This document shows, in pieces, positions 24,556 through 37,125 of a DNA stretch of 64,000 nucleotides. Position 1 is the stretch's first letter. Each line of letters starts with the position of its first letter. This stretch comes from Octopus sinensis (taxonomy: Eukaryota), in NCBI RefSeq assembly GCF_006345805.1, contig NC_043009.1, forward strand, positions 43,090,001-43,154,000, read 5' to 3'. The notes beneath the pieces are model-generated. The model searched no databases. It was given only the letters and a program-made list of their open reading frames with translations, and was not told the DNA's origin. A program made the translations under genes and the position numbers.

Positions 24556-24958
24556 TACTCTTTACTCTCTCTTTACTCTTTTACTTGTTTCAGTCATTTG
24601 ACTGCGGCCATGCTGGAGCACCGCCTTTAATCGATCAACTGGACCCCAGGACTTATTCATTTGTAAGACCAGTACTTATTCAATCGGTCTCTTTTGCCGA
24701 ACCGCTAAGTAATGGGGACATAAACACACCAGCATCGGTTGTCAAGCAATGCTAGGGGGACAAACACACACACATATATATATATACATATATACGACGG
24801 GCTTCTTTCAGTTTCCGTCTACCAAATCCACTCACAAGGCTTTGGTCGGCCCGAGGCTATAGTAGAAGACACCTGCCCAAGGTGCCACGCAGTGGGACTG
24901 AACCCGGAACCATGTGGTTGGTAAACAAGCTACTTACCACACAGTCACTCCTGTGCCT
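24556..24958 (-). mobile_element. Full-length family A SINE
   Basis: Head, body and tail intact. Highly similar to 6304-6717. Confidence 0.9.
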
Positions 24959-25008
<50 letters not shown>

Positions 25009-25439
25009 TATATATATGTATATATATGTGGGTATATGTTTGTGTGTATATATATATGCACACACACAGACATGCAGGAAGTAAATAGACACATTTAAAA
25101 ACACAAGTGCTACAGTCGACTTATTTGGCTAAACTCTTCAAGGTGGTGCCCCAGCATGGCCATTGTCAAATGACTGAAACAAGCAAAAATGATAAAAAAA
25201 CATTGAAGCAAACCATTGACTTTTACAAGTTGAATCCAAAGGAAAACGATGATAATTATCTGAAATTAAGGAGGAGATTCACCAAAAGAATTGATCAGCT
25301 TCACCTTAATGTTTGAGTAATTCTGAAGTGCTTGAAACTGATTGGCATTTAAACCAGTCATATCCAGCTCAAATATTCTACTTGTTTCTTGTTCAAACCA
25401 CCCAGATCCAGCCTCTCACACCTAAACTACAATGTCATT

Positions 25440-25821
25440 GTGGCTGTGTGGTAAGTAGATTGCTTACCAACCACATGGTTCCGGGTTCAATCCCACTACA
25501 TGGCTCCTTGGGCAAGTGTCTTCTACTATAGCCTCAGACCCACCAAAGACTTGTGAGTGGATTTGGTAGATGGAAACTGAAAGAAGCCCGTCGTATATAT
25601 GTATATATGTATGTATGTGTGTGTATATGTTTGTGTGTCTGTGTCTGTCACCCCCAACATTGCTTGACAACTGATGCTGGTGTGTTTACATCCCCGTAAC
25701 TTAGCAGTTCGGTAAAAGAGACCAATAGAATAAGTACTAGGCTTCCAAAGAAAAAGTCCTGGGGTCGATTTGCTCGACCAAAGGTGGTACTCCAGCATGG
25801 CTGCACTCAAATGACTGAAAC
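25440..25821 (+). mobile_element. Family A SINE
   Basis: TGGCTGTGTGGTAAGTAG..GGTTCAATCCC..CAAATGACTGAAAC. Confidence 0.85.
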
Positions 25822-25997
25822 ATCATTAAAATCTTGAAGCTACAATCATGATTAATACTAAGTGATGGGAATGAAAAATGCTTTGCTTTAGATCAGGGGT
25901 TCTCAACCATTTTTTATCTATGGACCCCTTTGAAATACTATTTTATTGTAGTGGACCCCCAAGGCCATTCAATGTTTAATAACTAGTTAAAACTACT

Positions 25998-26325
25998 GTT
26001 CTATATTCAAGAGATGAGGAATTATTTACATTATTTTCATTATTTACATTTGACGGCATATGGCGTAGTGGTTAAGAGCATGGGCTACTAACCCCAAGAT
26101 TCCGAGTTCGATTCCAAGCAGTAACCTGAACACTAGCAATAATAATAATAACAATAATAAAAATAATAATAATAATAATATAAAAAAATACCTTAGGACT
26201 GAGAACCCAGGTTCGAAATTTCCCCAAGACACCTGATGAAGGCTGGAGGGTATATCAGCTGAAACATTGAGTTAACAACAAACAAGATGAGGACAAATAT
26301 CTGTCAATTGTAAATAATGTAAATA
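25998..26325 (+). mobile_element. tRNA-headed SINE-like element with a hammerhead ribozyme and a 5' inverted tail copy
   Basis: Inverted tail at 25998-26054. A box TGGCGTAGTGG (26061) and B box GAGTTCGATTCC (26104), then (AAT)n and a hammerhead at 26228-26275. Probable TSD GTTAAAACTA / GTTGAAACTA. Confidence 0.8.
26228..26275 (+). ncRNA. Minimal type I hammerhead ribozyme motif
   Basis: GACAC-CTGATGA-a-GGCTGG agggtata TCAGCT-GAAAC-ATT-GAGTT. The consensus with the 53-kb copies restores AACGTT and GTGTT. Confidence 0.75.
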
Positions 26326-27398
26326 GTTGAAACTAGTTTCAAATTCCTATTTTGTTTTTTATATGGTTACTTGTGTAGGTTGAGATATGTAAAATGTTAA
26401 AGAAAGAAACCCTAGCTGTTTCTTGAATTGTATACCAAAACATACATCTAAAGCAAATATTTTTCAGGGGTCCTTAAAATACTATTGTGGATTTCCAATT
26501 TACTATTTTGTTATGTAAATCCCAAAAAAACTTATATGGACAATCAGGGACCATGTGGACCTCAGTTGGGAACCACTGCATTAGATTGAGTAATCTGAAT
26601 GCTAAAGGATTAAGTTGATTGCCCAAGAATGCACCCTAATCTTTCTCCCTGGACTTGAACACTTTTTACTGACCATCAAAAGTTGAAAGTCACTGTTGAC
26701 CTCAACGGGATTTGAACTCAAAATGTAGAGAATCGGAACAGATGCTAAGAGTTGTTAAAACATTATTCAATGTTCTAACAACTCTGCCAATTTGTCATTT
26801 CAATAAATTATACAATTGTGAAAATTTGTTGACTTATCCAACCCATATCAGATGAACATAAAATATAACAAAAATAGAAGGAATATCTATCAAAGAAAGA
26901 GAAAGAAAAATGGTATAATTCTCAACAGAATATAAGTTGTGCCAATTCCATGTTTCCTACTTATTACTGAATTTGTTGACTCAAGAATTTATGTGGTTTT
27001 ATTATTTCTTTTTTATTCTCCCAAAAAACCATTCCTAAAGAACTTACCAAAGGTTTTGTGTTACAGGAATTCTTCAGTGATTCATTAAGCAAATAAATTA
27101 TTTCCTTAGTTATAGCAATTGATCTTATCCTTCTGTGACTATCCCATCAGCAGACTGGGGAAATGTCTGGAATATATGCCGAAATCTGCTGAACCATTAA
27201 GAATGGCAGAGACTGTTGACTGAAGACCTGTTACCGTGACTGGGAGACTGACGGCGATAATTGTTTCTCACTTTCTTCCTTTTTTTTTACTTGATTTGTT
27301 TTTTTTTAGTGGAATTGGTTATAATAAAGAAAAAATAAAGGAAAGAAGAAAATTCTCATTTTGTGAAATAAAATACAATAACAAGCCATATGTATATG

Positions 27399-27432
<34 letters not shown>

Positions 27433-27589
27433 ATGTGTACTCAGACAAACACACACACACACATGCACAGGCATCTCTGTGCAGTTAAGAAATTCCTTTC
27501 CACCTATGAGCCTTCAGGTTCAGTTCCACTGTGTGGTACCTTGGGCAAATGTCTTCTACTTGTGTGTGTGTGTGTGTGTGATTATCATC

Positions 27590-27970
27590 ATTTAACATCA
27601 CTTCTCCATGCTGGCATGGGTTGGACGGTTTGACAGGAGGTGGTCAGCTGAGGAGCTGCTCAGGCTACATCTCTGTCTTGGTATGGTTACTATGGCTGGA
27701 TGCCCTTCCTAACGCCAATCATTTTACAGAGTATACTGGGGGCTTTTATGCAGCACCAGCATGGGTGCAGTTATGTGGCACAAGTAACTACATGCCTGCA
27801 AGATTAAGAATGTAGAGATGGAGAGGCATGCAAGAAATGAGCCTGTACCTAGGAGCAATCATGCTTTTACTTAGTTTGACTTACCTTTCCAAGTACAGCA
27901 AACTGCCAGGTGTCTCAGTCCCCTGTCATCCCCACTGTGAGTCCCAACATCTGTAGATCCTTTCTCACCA
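27590..27970 (-). mobile_element. RTE LINE 3' end
   Basis: Minus strand VRKDLQMLGLT..TWQFAVL, followed by an RTE 3' UTR (GGAAGGGCATCCAGCC..CCAACCCATGCCAGCATGGA). Confidence 0.75.
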
Positions 27971-28350
27971 TATGTGTGTGTGTGTAATTATTAGTGAGAG
28001 AATCAGTATTTATACTAAAAGATAATATTTATTCCCTGCTTAAATGTGGGTGTTGTATTGAACGACAAAATACTGCAATAGTTACAATGAAAGACACTCT
28101 CATATTGGCTTTGGGTGCATATAAGCACTCTTGTTTATATTGCTAGTGGCAAGATAAATCAGCTGCCATCATCAATGCCATGACTGCCAGATCACATGAT
28201 TTCAACCTTCCTTGACCTTGTCAGTTATAGACATCCAGGGCAAGAAAAAGCAGCGATATCTCTCCTACTGAAATATGTAAAATCACAGTGACTAAACAGT
28301 ATGACGAATAGTCAGTGGGCTTATTAAAAAATTATTATAATTATATATAT

Positions 28351-28782
28351 AGGTGCAGGCGTGGTTGTGTGGCAAGATACTTGCTTTCCAGCCACATGGT
28401 TCTGGGTTCAATCCCACTGTGTGGCACCTTGGGCAAGTGTCTTCTACTGTAGCCTTGGGCCAACTAAAACCTTGCGTTTATTTAGAAGACGGAAACAGTG
28501 GTTAGGGCAGCAGACTCGCAGTCGTAGGATTGTGGTTTCGATTCCCAGACCGGGCGTTGTGTGTGTTTATTGAGCAAAAACACCTTAAAGCTCCATGAGG
28601 CTCCGGCAGGGTGTGGTGATCCCTGCTGTACTCTTTCACCACTCTTTCTCTCACTCTTTCTTCTGTTGGCCTGCTCACTTAACCAGCGGTGTGGCATCAT
28701 TCGAAGGCTAAAACAATGCGAATGCATTGTGACCAGCGATGCGTAACAACATCTGATGGTCTGGTCGGTCACGTGATCACGT

Positions 28783-28821
<39 letters not shown>

Positions 28822-29068
28822 ATGTATGTATATATTTATATGTATATATCTATGTGCATGCGTATCTTTGTGTCTGTGCTCGTCAACCACCACTGATTGA
28901 CAACCAATGTTGGTGTGCTTACATACCTGTAACTTAGCAGTTTGGTAAAAAGAGTCTGATAGAACAGATACCAAGTGTACTGAGATCGATTCATTCAACT
29001 AAAAATTCTTCAAGGTGGTGCCCCAGCATGGTCGCAGTCTAATGACTGAAACAAGTAAAAGATAAAAG
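28351..29068 (+). mobile_element. Family A SINE with a family B SINE nested at 28497-28784
   Basis: The family A head ends at GGAAAC (28496) and resumes after the (TA)n at ~28860. Confidence 0.8.
28497..28784 (+). mobile_element. Family B SINE with alternative tail type 2
   Basis: Head and body match 1951-2335, but the 3' part is GCCTGCTCACTTAACCAGCGG..GGTCACGTGATCACGTGA, which also occurs alone at 48318-48434. Confidence 0.85.
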
Positions 29069-29493
29069 ATACTATACATGCACATATATGATAGGATTCT
29101 TTCAGATTCCATCCACCAAATTCACTCACAAGGCTACAGAAGACTTTTGTTAGTGTGGGGTTATAGTAGAAGGCACTAACTCAAAACTGCTGTACAGTGG
29201 GATTGAACCCAAACACCTGTGGTTGGGAAGCAACCTTCTTAACCTCTATGTAAAGAAACATATTTCAAATATATTTTACTGAAGATTCTATCATGGTGCA
29301 GTTTAATACATACATACAAACATACAAAAATACCCTGTTGTTTATGTTGAAATTCCAATGAAGAAACCTTGGATCTAGGTTAGAAACCAGTTCTTTATCT
29401 ATTGGCAAGAAATCTTGAAATAAACTGAAAAATGACATACATACATGCATGAATACATACATACATACATACATACATACATACATACATACA

Positions 29494-29526
<33 letters not shown>

Positions 29527-29955
29527 GCATACATGCATACATACATACATAATATATAGATGCATACATACAAACATACATACAAATTTACATACATATA
29601 TATATATACACACATATATACATATACACATCATGTAAGCTCCAAGTGTGAATTTGTCTGTGTAATCTACATCCGAAAGATGGAGCCTTGTATCTTTGTT
29701 GGAAACCAGCTCCCTCCTTAGTGAAGATTTATAATAATTAAAATATAGAAGTGACACATACATATATACGAATATATATGTGTTTATACATACAAATATA
29801 TATTACTGACATATATACATTTAAAAAATTTTGTATTGGAGGAAAACATTAGAAAACAATAAAAGGTTCCCCTCCATACAATTATATTTACATAAATATG
29901 TACACATAAACATACACACACACACACACACACATATTCATATATGTATGTATGC

Positions 29956-30003
<48 letters not shown>

Positions 30004-30276
30004 TATACATATATATAAATATATATACATACATACATACATACATGCATACATACTTAGACATACATATTTACATATATATATCTATATATCTATCTAT
30101 ATGTATATATCTATGTTTTTATATATATATATATATACACACACGTGTATGTACATATATATATGCATATATAACTCAATACATACTTAATTGGGGGCAC
30201 ATAATTTGGTAAGTCATATATGCATAACAATACATAGTTCCATAAATCTCTCTCTCTCTCTCTGTATATATATATA

Positions 30277-30322
<46 letters not shown>

Positions 30323-31491
30323 AAACGATGAATATACATACGTAAATATACATGCATACATACATAAATATAACTATTTGTATATATATGCATATGTATA
30401 CATATCTATGTATGTGTGAGTCCGTATGTATAAATATACAAATACATGCGTGTGTATGTGTGTTCATGTGTATATAAGTGTGTATGTGTGTATGTATATG
30501 CATGATTGTTTTAAAATGTGTGTGACATTGTTGTCGATGTTGTTGGTACTGTTAGGCGTGTGGTGCTTGTCTCCAACTATTTTAATTCATTAACAATCAA
30601 GTGTTCAAATAAAATAATAATTTTCTGAAGATTTTTTCCAGAGGGCGGGGCAGATAACAAAATGTAACAAAAGAAAAAAATAAACAAAAAAATTTAAGAA
30701 AGAAAGAACGTAAAAAGAAAGGAAGTAAGGAAGGAGAAATAGGTTATTTTTTTTTTTTATATACAGCAATGAATGGCTAATTTAAGTTTGATTTATCTTT
30801 AATACAAAACTACAGATCAATAACCAATTATGTGAATCAATGAAAACTACTGCATTAAATTGCTCAGTAAAAATGTTTGCAACAGGCAAAATGCATTTTA
30901 AAAAGAAAATTTGATGAAGTATACAAATATAAATAGACATAACTTAGTGACAGGCAAATTTCAATCCAAGTATATTCAAACAAAGATATGCTTGGATGGA
31001 GGAGAAATATTTTTGCAGCCTATTGTTGTTGTTGGTGTTGTTGTTGTTGATTTTAATATTATTGCTGTTGTTCTTGGTCTTCTTGTTATTTTTATTGTCC
31101 TGAAATTTGTTTTATTTACAGGATGCTTTCATAAGCAGCAGCAGCAGCAGCAGACACATCATATCATCATCATTGTTAATCATTATCATTATTTTTATTA
31201 ATAATAGTAGTAGTATTTTTATTGTTGTTGGGGGGGGGGGGCAGCGGTGGTGGTGGTGGTGGTGGTGGTATTATTAAAAGCAAGTCAGCAGAATTGTTGA
31301 TACATTGGCCAAAATTCTTAGCGCCGTTTTGGCCATCGTCATGTTCCAAGTTCAAATTCTGCTAAGTTCCACTTTGCTTTCCATCCTTTTGTGGTCAATA
31401 AGCACTGAAGCTGATGTAATTATCTAGCCTATCCCCACAAAAATGTCAGCCTTGTGTCTATATGTACAAAGAATTATTATCATTATTATTA

Positions 31492-33085
31492 ATATGATTC
31501 AACTTGACTCAGGATTGTTCTTATTCCTTGTAGAATTTATGTGGGTAATAGGCTACTACCTGTAACTTAAGACATACACAAGATTTCAATAATTATTCAA
31601 GTGCTCAAAAACCTTTTTCTTATAATCTTTCCTCTTACTATGAGGCAAACTTTCTGTAGAAGCTCCTTTAACCATTTATCTGATTCATTACTCACAGTCC
31701 CTAATGCACCAATTATTACAGGTACAACTGTTACAGTTTTCATATTCCAAATTCTTACAATCTCAAATTTTAAGGGATTGTATCTTTTTAATTTTTATCT
31801 TGTGTGTTCCACAGCCTTCAAATCAAACGACATGGTGTATCAATAAGTAAGCAAAATTTGTTTTTCCGTGTCTAGTACTGTTATATCTGGTTTATTATTT
31901 TCTATCTTCTTATCTGTTTGAAATAGGAAAATCCCATAAATTTTTTTTCCGACTCAAGTAAATCAAATTCGATGACTGGCATCCATGCTAGTGGAGCGCT
32001 AAGAGTACCATAGGAGCAACAAGCTGGCCTCTGTGCCGATGGCATCTAAAAAGCACCATTCGAGCGTGATCATTACCTGCGTCGCCTTACTGGCACTTGT
32101 GCTGGTGGCACATGAAAAACATTCGAGTGAGGTCGTTGCCAGTGCCGCTGGACTGGCTCCTGTGCAGGTGGCACATAAAAATCCCCATTTGAGCATGGCC
32201 GCTGCCAGTACTGCCTGACTGGCCCTTGTGCCAGTGGCTTGTAAAAGCACCCATTACACTCTCGGAGTGGTTGGCATTAGGAAGGGCATCTAGCTGTAGA
32301 AACTCTGCCAGATCAGATTGGAGCCTGGTGCAGCTTTCTGGTTTGCCAGACCTCAGTCAAATCGTCCAACCCATGCTAGCATGGAAAGCGGACGTTAAAC
32401 AATGATGATGATGATGATGATGATGATTACACTAATTACTTCTAGCTACAAACACTCATTTCTAACAAGGTTTCCAGTGTAAAAATCTTGCACAATTTTG
32501 GTCTTGCCTCTATTTCTTATATTCCCCCTGAGCCTACATGGAAAATTTTGTAACAATGTGTGCCGTTGTTTCATCCCAAATTCCACATTCTCTACATTTT
32601 GCAGACACTGTCTTCTCATTGTCTTCTCAAGTCGTTTGTTTTTAAAGCTTGAACTTGAGCTGCTACAATAAAGCTCTCTTTTTCCAATTGACCTTTTCTC
32701 AACCAAACCCAAGATTTTCCGCCCGATACATCGTCAGTGGCTCTCCAAAATTGACTTTGCAGAGGTTTCTCTTCAATCGTCTAATGTGCTCTCTCTGAAT
32801 TTCCTTCTTGTCCTTTTCTCCAATTCCACCTGCTGATCACCTGTTCCTTATTCACTGTCTTTAGTAATTACTCTGTGCTGTTCTGTAAACATTCTAGTAA
32901 GCCTCTTCTTTCCATCAGAACACACTCTTCCACACCAATTAAGCCTCTTCCACTCTGGTGTCTTTTCATGAACAACCAGTTAATATCAGCTTTCATATGG
33001 TGAGCCCCATACATTGTCAACAGCTTGTCTGTCATTTTTGTCCAATCCCTAATCCCAGCTCCATATCTAACAAAAGCATCACAGT
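31492..33085 (-). mobile_element. R4/Dong-clade non-LTR element, 3' portion (RT end, CCHC, REL endonuclease), split by an RTE insertion
   Basis: Minus strand: YGAGIRDWTK..LLTMYGAHHMKADINWLF..GRGLIGVEECV; FIVAAQVQALKTN; CRECG..ETTAHI; LWDFPIQTDKKIENNKPDITVLD..VTVVPVIIGALGTV. The 3' UTR ends in (TAA)n. Confidence 0.9.
31961..32425 (+). mobile_element. RTE 3' UTR/tail inserted into the Dong element
   Basis: About 4 of the ~60-bp units, then CCAACCCATGCTAGCATGGAAAGCGGACGTTAAAC and (ATG)n. Confidence 0.85.
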
Positions 33086-33261
33086 GTAATACTCATAGCA
33101 CTTAATTGCATAACTTTACATTCTGAGTTCAAATCCTGCATAGGTCAACTTTGCTTTTCATCTTTTTTCTATTAGTCAAGTACTAGTCATGTAATGAAAC
33201 CAATGGTATCAATTGACCATCTCCTTCTTGTAATTGCTTGCCTTCAACTTAAATAAGAAAA

Positions 33262-33263
33262 TA

Positions 33264-33308
<45 letters not shown>

Positions 33309-33529
33309 TTTTATTATTGTTATTATTAAAATGCTTCGTGGCATTTCACCTGACTTCACATTTTACAATCAAAAATTTTGATGAGGCTGACTTTGCCTTT
33401 AATCTTTTCAGGGTCAATAACATGAGTACCTATCAAGTACTGGGGGTGATAAACTCAACTAGTCTCCCTGTATCGGAATTTCTGGCTTATTATCATCATC
33501 ATTATTATTATTATCATTATTATTATTAT

Positions 33530-33561
<32 letters not shown>

Positions 33562-33747
33562 TTACTAATTTTCTTTACATTCTTTTACTGATACAATTTA
33601 AAATTAGCAGCAGCAGCAACAGCAGCAGTGGTGGTGGTTGTGGTGGTGGTGGTGGTGGTGGTGGTGGTGGTGGTGGTGGTGTGGTGGTGGTGGTGGTAGT
33701 GGTGGTGGTGGTGGTGGTGTTGGTGGTGGTGGTGGTAGTAGTAGTAA

Positions 33748-33789
<42 letters not shown>

Positions 33790-33830
33790 AAGAAGAAGTA
33801 GTAGTAGCAGCAGTAGTAGTAGTAGATAAT
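33262..33830. repeat. Trinucleotide microsatellite cluster: (ATT)n, (GCA)n, (GGT)n, (AGT)n
   Basis: Read directly from the sequence. Confidence 0.95.
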
Positions 33831-34349
33831 TGCACAAGTTATAGAAAATTAGAAAGGCTATTCACTCTGTATGATATTATAGTTCAAAGTCACTTATATT
33901 TATTTAAATTCGTTTATTCATATTTTTTATAATTCATGTATTTTTCCTTGTTTCTCAATTTTTTGTGTCTTGGCTGTTGTTTTTATTGTTCTTGTTGGGT
34001 TCTTTTTATTTGTTGGTGGTGCTGTTTTCTATTGGTCCTCTCACTTTTTCTATCCACTTCCATTTTTCATTAAACTAAATATATGTTGATTATTGTTGTG
34101 TTTGTATGTGTATATATTTAATGTGTGTATATATTTAATGTGTGTTTCTGTGTGCATATATATATATACATACATGCATTTTGATATATATATGTATATA
34201 TATATGTATATATATACCCACATATGTATATATATATACACATTAAATAAACATACATACATATAGATATCCTTCAATCTCTCTATCTCTCAACCTATCT
34301 ATCTATCTATCTATATCTCACACATACTATATATATGTATATTCATTAT

Positions 34350-34382
34350 CTATCTATCTGCCTATCTATCTATTTATGCATG

Positions 34383-34427
<45 letters not shown>

Positions 34428-34537
34428 CTCTCTCTCTCTCTCTCTCTCTAAATATATATATATATATATATACACACACATGCATACATGCACACACGCA
34501 CACACACACATGCATGCACACACACACACACGCACAT

Positions 34538-34627
<90 letters not shown>
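34350..34627. repeat. Compound (ATCT)n(CT)n(AT)n(CA)n microsatellite
   Basis: Read directly from the sequence. The pure (CA)n run is ~90 bp. Confidence 0.95.
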
Positions 34628-34629
<2 letters not shown>

Positions 34630-34949
34630 ATGATAGATGAATTCATGCATCTATTTATTTATTCATCGCTTTCGATATGAGTGTGTGTGTTTGTATATAT
34701 ATATCTTTTACTTATTTTGGTCATTGGACTATGGCCATGCTGGGGTACTCACCACGTTGAAAGGGGGTTTTAGTCAAATGAATTGACTCCAGTACTATTT
34801 TTTTCAAAGCTTGGTATTGAACACCTAAGTTACAAGAACATACACAAACCAACACATTATCAATTGGTAGTGGCGGTGGTGATGGTGGTGATGGTGGTTG
34901 TTCACAAACACATGCACAGTGTGATACACACATAAATATAAATGTTATA

Positions 34950-35118
34950 TAAGGTGCAGGCATGGTTGTGTGGTAAGAAGTTTGCTTCCCAGCTACATAC
35001 TTCTGGGTTCAGTCCCACTGTGTGGCACCTTGGGCTTGTATCTTCTACTGTAGCCTCAGGCCAACCAAAGCCTTGTGAGTGGATTTGGTTGACAGAATCT
35101 GAAAGAAGCCCATCATAT

Positions 35119-35150
<32 letters not shown>

Positions 35151-35575
35151 TTGTGAGTGTGTTTGTCTCTGTGTTTGGCCCCTGGCCATCACTTGACAAC
35201 TGATGCTGGTGTGTTTATGCACCCGTAACTTAGCAGTTCGGTAAAAGACACCGATAGAATAAATCCTAGGATCAATTTCTTCAACTAAAAGCCCTTTAAC
35301 CCTTTTCATACCAACCCACTTAAAACTGCCTCTGGCTCTGTCGTACCAATGTCTTGTTTTCAAAAGTTCTGAATGAAAATCTTCCACCAAACCTTAGTTT
35401 CAATTTATGTTCCTAACACTAGCTTAATGATAACTAAGTTATTTTACTAAATTCTTTGTTATATTTAACATTAATTGAAAGAAATACAGAATATCTCAAC
35501 AGAAATACAGTAACAAAAGTGTTAAGACGGTGCTCCAGCATGGCCACAGTCAAATGACTGAAACAAGTAAAAGGA
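34950..35575 (+). mobile_element. Family A SINE interrupted by a piggyBac-like MITE
   Basis: Head at ~34955. The tail resumes with GACGGTGCTCCAGCATGG at 35526. Confidence 0.8.
35300..35521. mobile_element. piggyBac-like MITE
   Basis: TTAA|CCCTTTT..AAAAGTG|TTAA: TTAA duplication and CCCT-type terminus. Confidence 0.7.
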
Positions 35576-35595
35576 TAAAAGAATAAATGAATAAA

Positions 35596-36147
35596 CAAGG
35601 TGTAGTTAAAAAATATCCGACTCTGATTTTTATGCACAAAATAATAATGTGTGAGCAAAATCCACATGGGTATTTAGTGGCCGTATCTTTCCTGAGCATG
35701 TGCAAAAATTTTTGTGTCTGTAGGTTGTGCCATTCACCTGTGGTAATGCATTGAGTACAGATATGAAGAGTGTGTTGTGTGATTTATCTTTTTGAGTCAA
35801 GATGACCCGAGTGCATTGAGCAAAGATACTGTATTAAATTCTACCAAAAACTTGGTGATATGCAAGCCCAGACTATCGAGAAGATTCACAAGGCCTTTGG
35901 AGATGATGCTTGGGGAAAGACACAAATAAAGGAGTGATACAACTGGTTCAAATGTGGCTGCATCTCCCGTAGATAGTGAACCACGTCGTGGTCAGACAAT
36001 TAACATAGAATACCACCTGGGGGGTTCTTCATCACCTTTGTGAAGCTGTGTGGCAAAAACGAACCAACCTGTGAGCAGTAAAAAATTGGCACTCCACCAT
36101 GACAATACACCCACTCATTCTGACCAAGTTGTCCAAGCATTCCTCCT
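35596..36147 (+). mobile_element. Deleted mariner element (5' TIR, N-terminus, part of the DDD domain)
   Basis: EQRYCIKFYQKLG..TIEKIHKAFGDDAWGKTQIKE*YNWFKCG and LHHDNTPTHSDQVVQAF. Confidence 0.85.
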
Positions 36148-36498
36148 ATCCAGGGTTATGGAAAGGAGACAACCTTCAAGGAAATCCTGAGTGGAGCCCC
36201 ATAGACAGTTTAGTGTTTGACTTTACGCTCTTCTGGCAGCTCCTGCAACCAGGCTGGTGCCAAATGTAATGCTCTGCTCTCCTTTGGACTACATCAGTAA
36301 GGTCAAGAGAGAAATCTTGACGATTGGGCTACCCAGGATTTTCTTACATCTAGCCCAGGCCTGCGCATGACTGGGGAGGAAACTGGAGAGGATATGAAAT
36401 GTAAAAACCAGACTGGATTAGTTTATGTGCAATTCCATTGTCTCCCGAGACAAAAGGATGCCAACAGCAAATATGTGTGTGTTTATGTATAGCTATAT

Positions 36499-36597
<99 letters not shown>

Positions 36598-36603
36598 AGA
36601 TAT

Positions 36604-36638
<35 letters not shown>

Positions 36639-36789
36639 TTTAAATAGATACATAGATAGGTGTGCATGTAGTATATATACATACAGAGAAATAGGTGCAT
36701 TTACACACAAACACGGTAAATTACATTATATGGTTATTATATTTAATATATATATACATGTATATATATCATCATCATCATCATCCTCA

Positions 36790-37125
36790 TTTAGCGTCCG
36801 TTTTCCATGCTAGCATGGGTTGGACGGTTCAACTGGGGTCTGTGAAGCCAGAAGGCTGCATCAGGCCCAGTCTGATCTGGCAGTGTTTCTACGGCTGGAT
36901 GCCCTTCCTAATGCCAACCACTCCGCGAGTGTAGTGGGTGCTTTTTATGTGCCACCCGCACAGGAGCCAGACGGAGCTGGCAAACAGCCATAAACGGATG
37001 GTGCTTTTACGTGCCACCGGCACGGGGGCCAGTCGGGGCGGTGCTGGCAACGGCCACGAACGGATGATGCTTTTTACGTGCCAGCGGCACGGGGGCCAGG
37101 CAAGACTGGCAATGGTCACGAATGG
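36790..37125 (-). mobile_element. RTE 3' UTR/tail with ~3 repeat units
   Basis: TTTAGCGTCCGTTTTCCATGCTAGCATGGGTTGG.. with units matching 50559-51170. Confidence 0.85.

Larger units (their letters stand above)
25894..26578. mobile_element. hAT (Charlie/MER5-like) MITE interrupted by a hammerhead-bearing element
   Basis: Termini CAGGGGTTCTCAACC and AGTTGGGAACCACTG. 8-bp TSD CTTTAGAT / CATTAGAT. Confidence 0.85.

Noticed and set aside
26055-26120. Real tRNA genes at SINE heads (also 2260-2335, 16945-17005, 63862-63925)
   Set aside because: A and B boxes are present but no complete acceptor stem or cloverleaf, and the heads continue into repeat bodies.
29350-29400. Hammerhead-like stem AACCT/AGGTT followed by GAAACCAGT (related sequence at ~29672-29715)
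   Set aside because: No CUGANGA core in either copy and no clear stem I; it cannot be supported without a family consensus.
36215-36345. Possible RTE 5' leader with an HDV-like ribozyme (CAGCTCCTGCAACCAGGCTGG)
   Set aside because: I could not build convincing P1/P2 pairings by hand; an HDV descriptor search on a consensus is needed.
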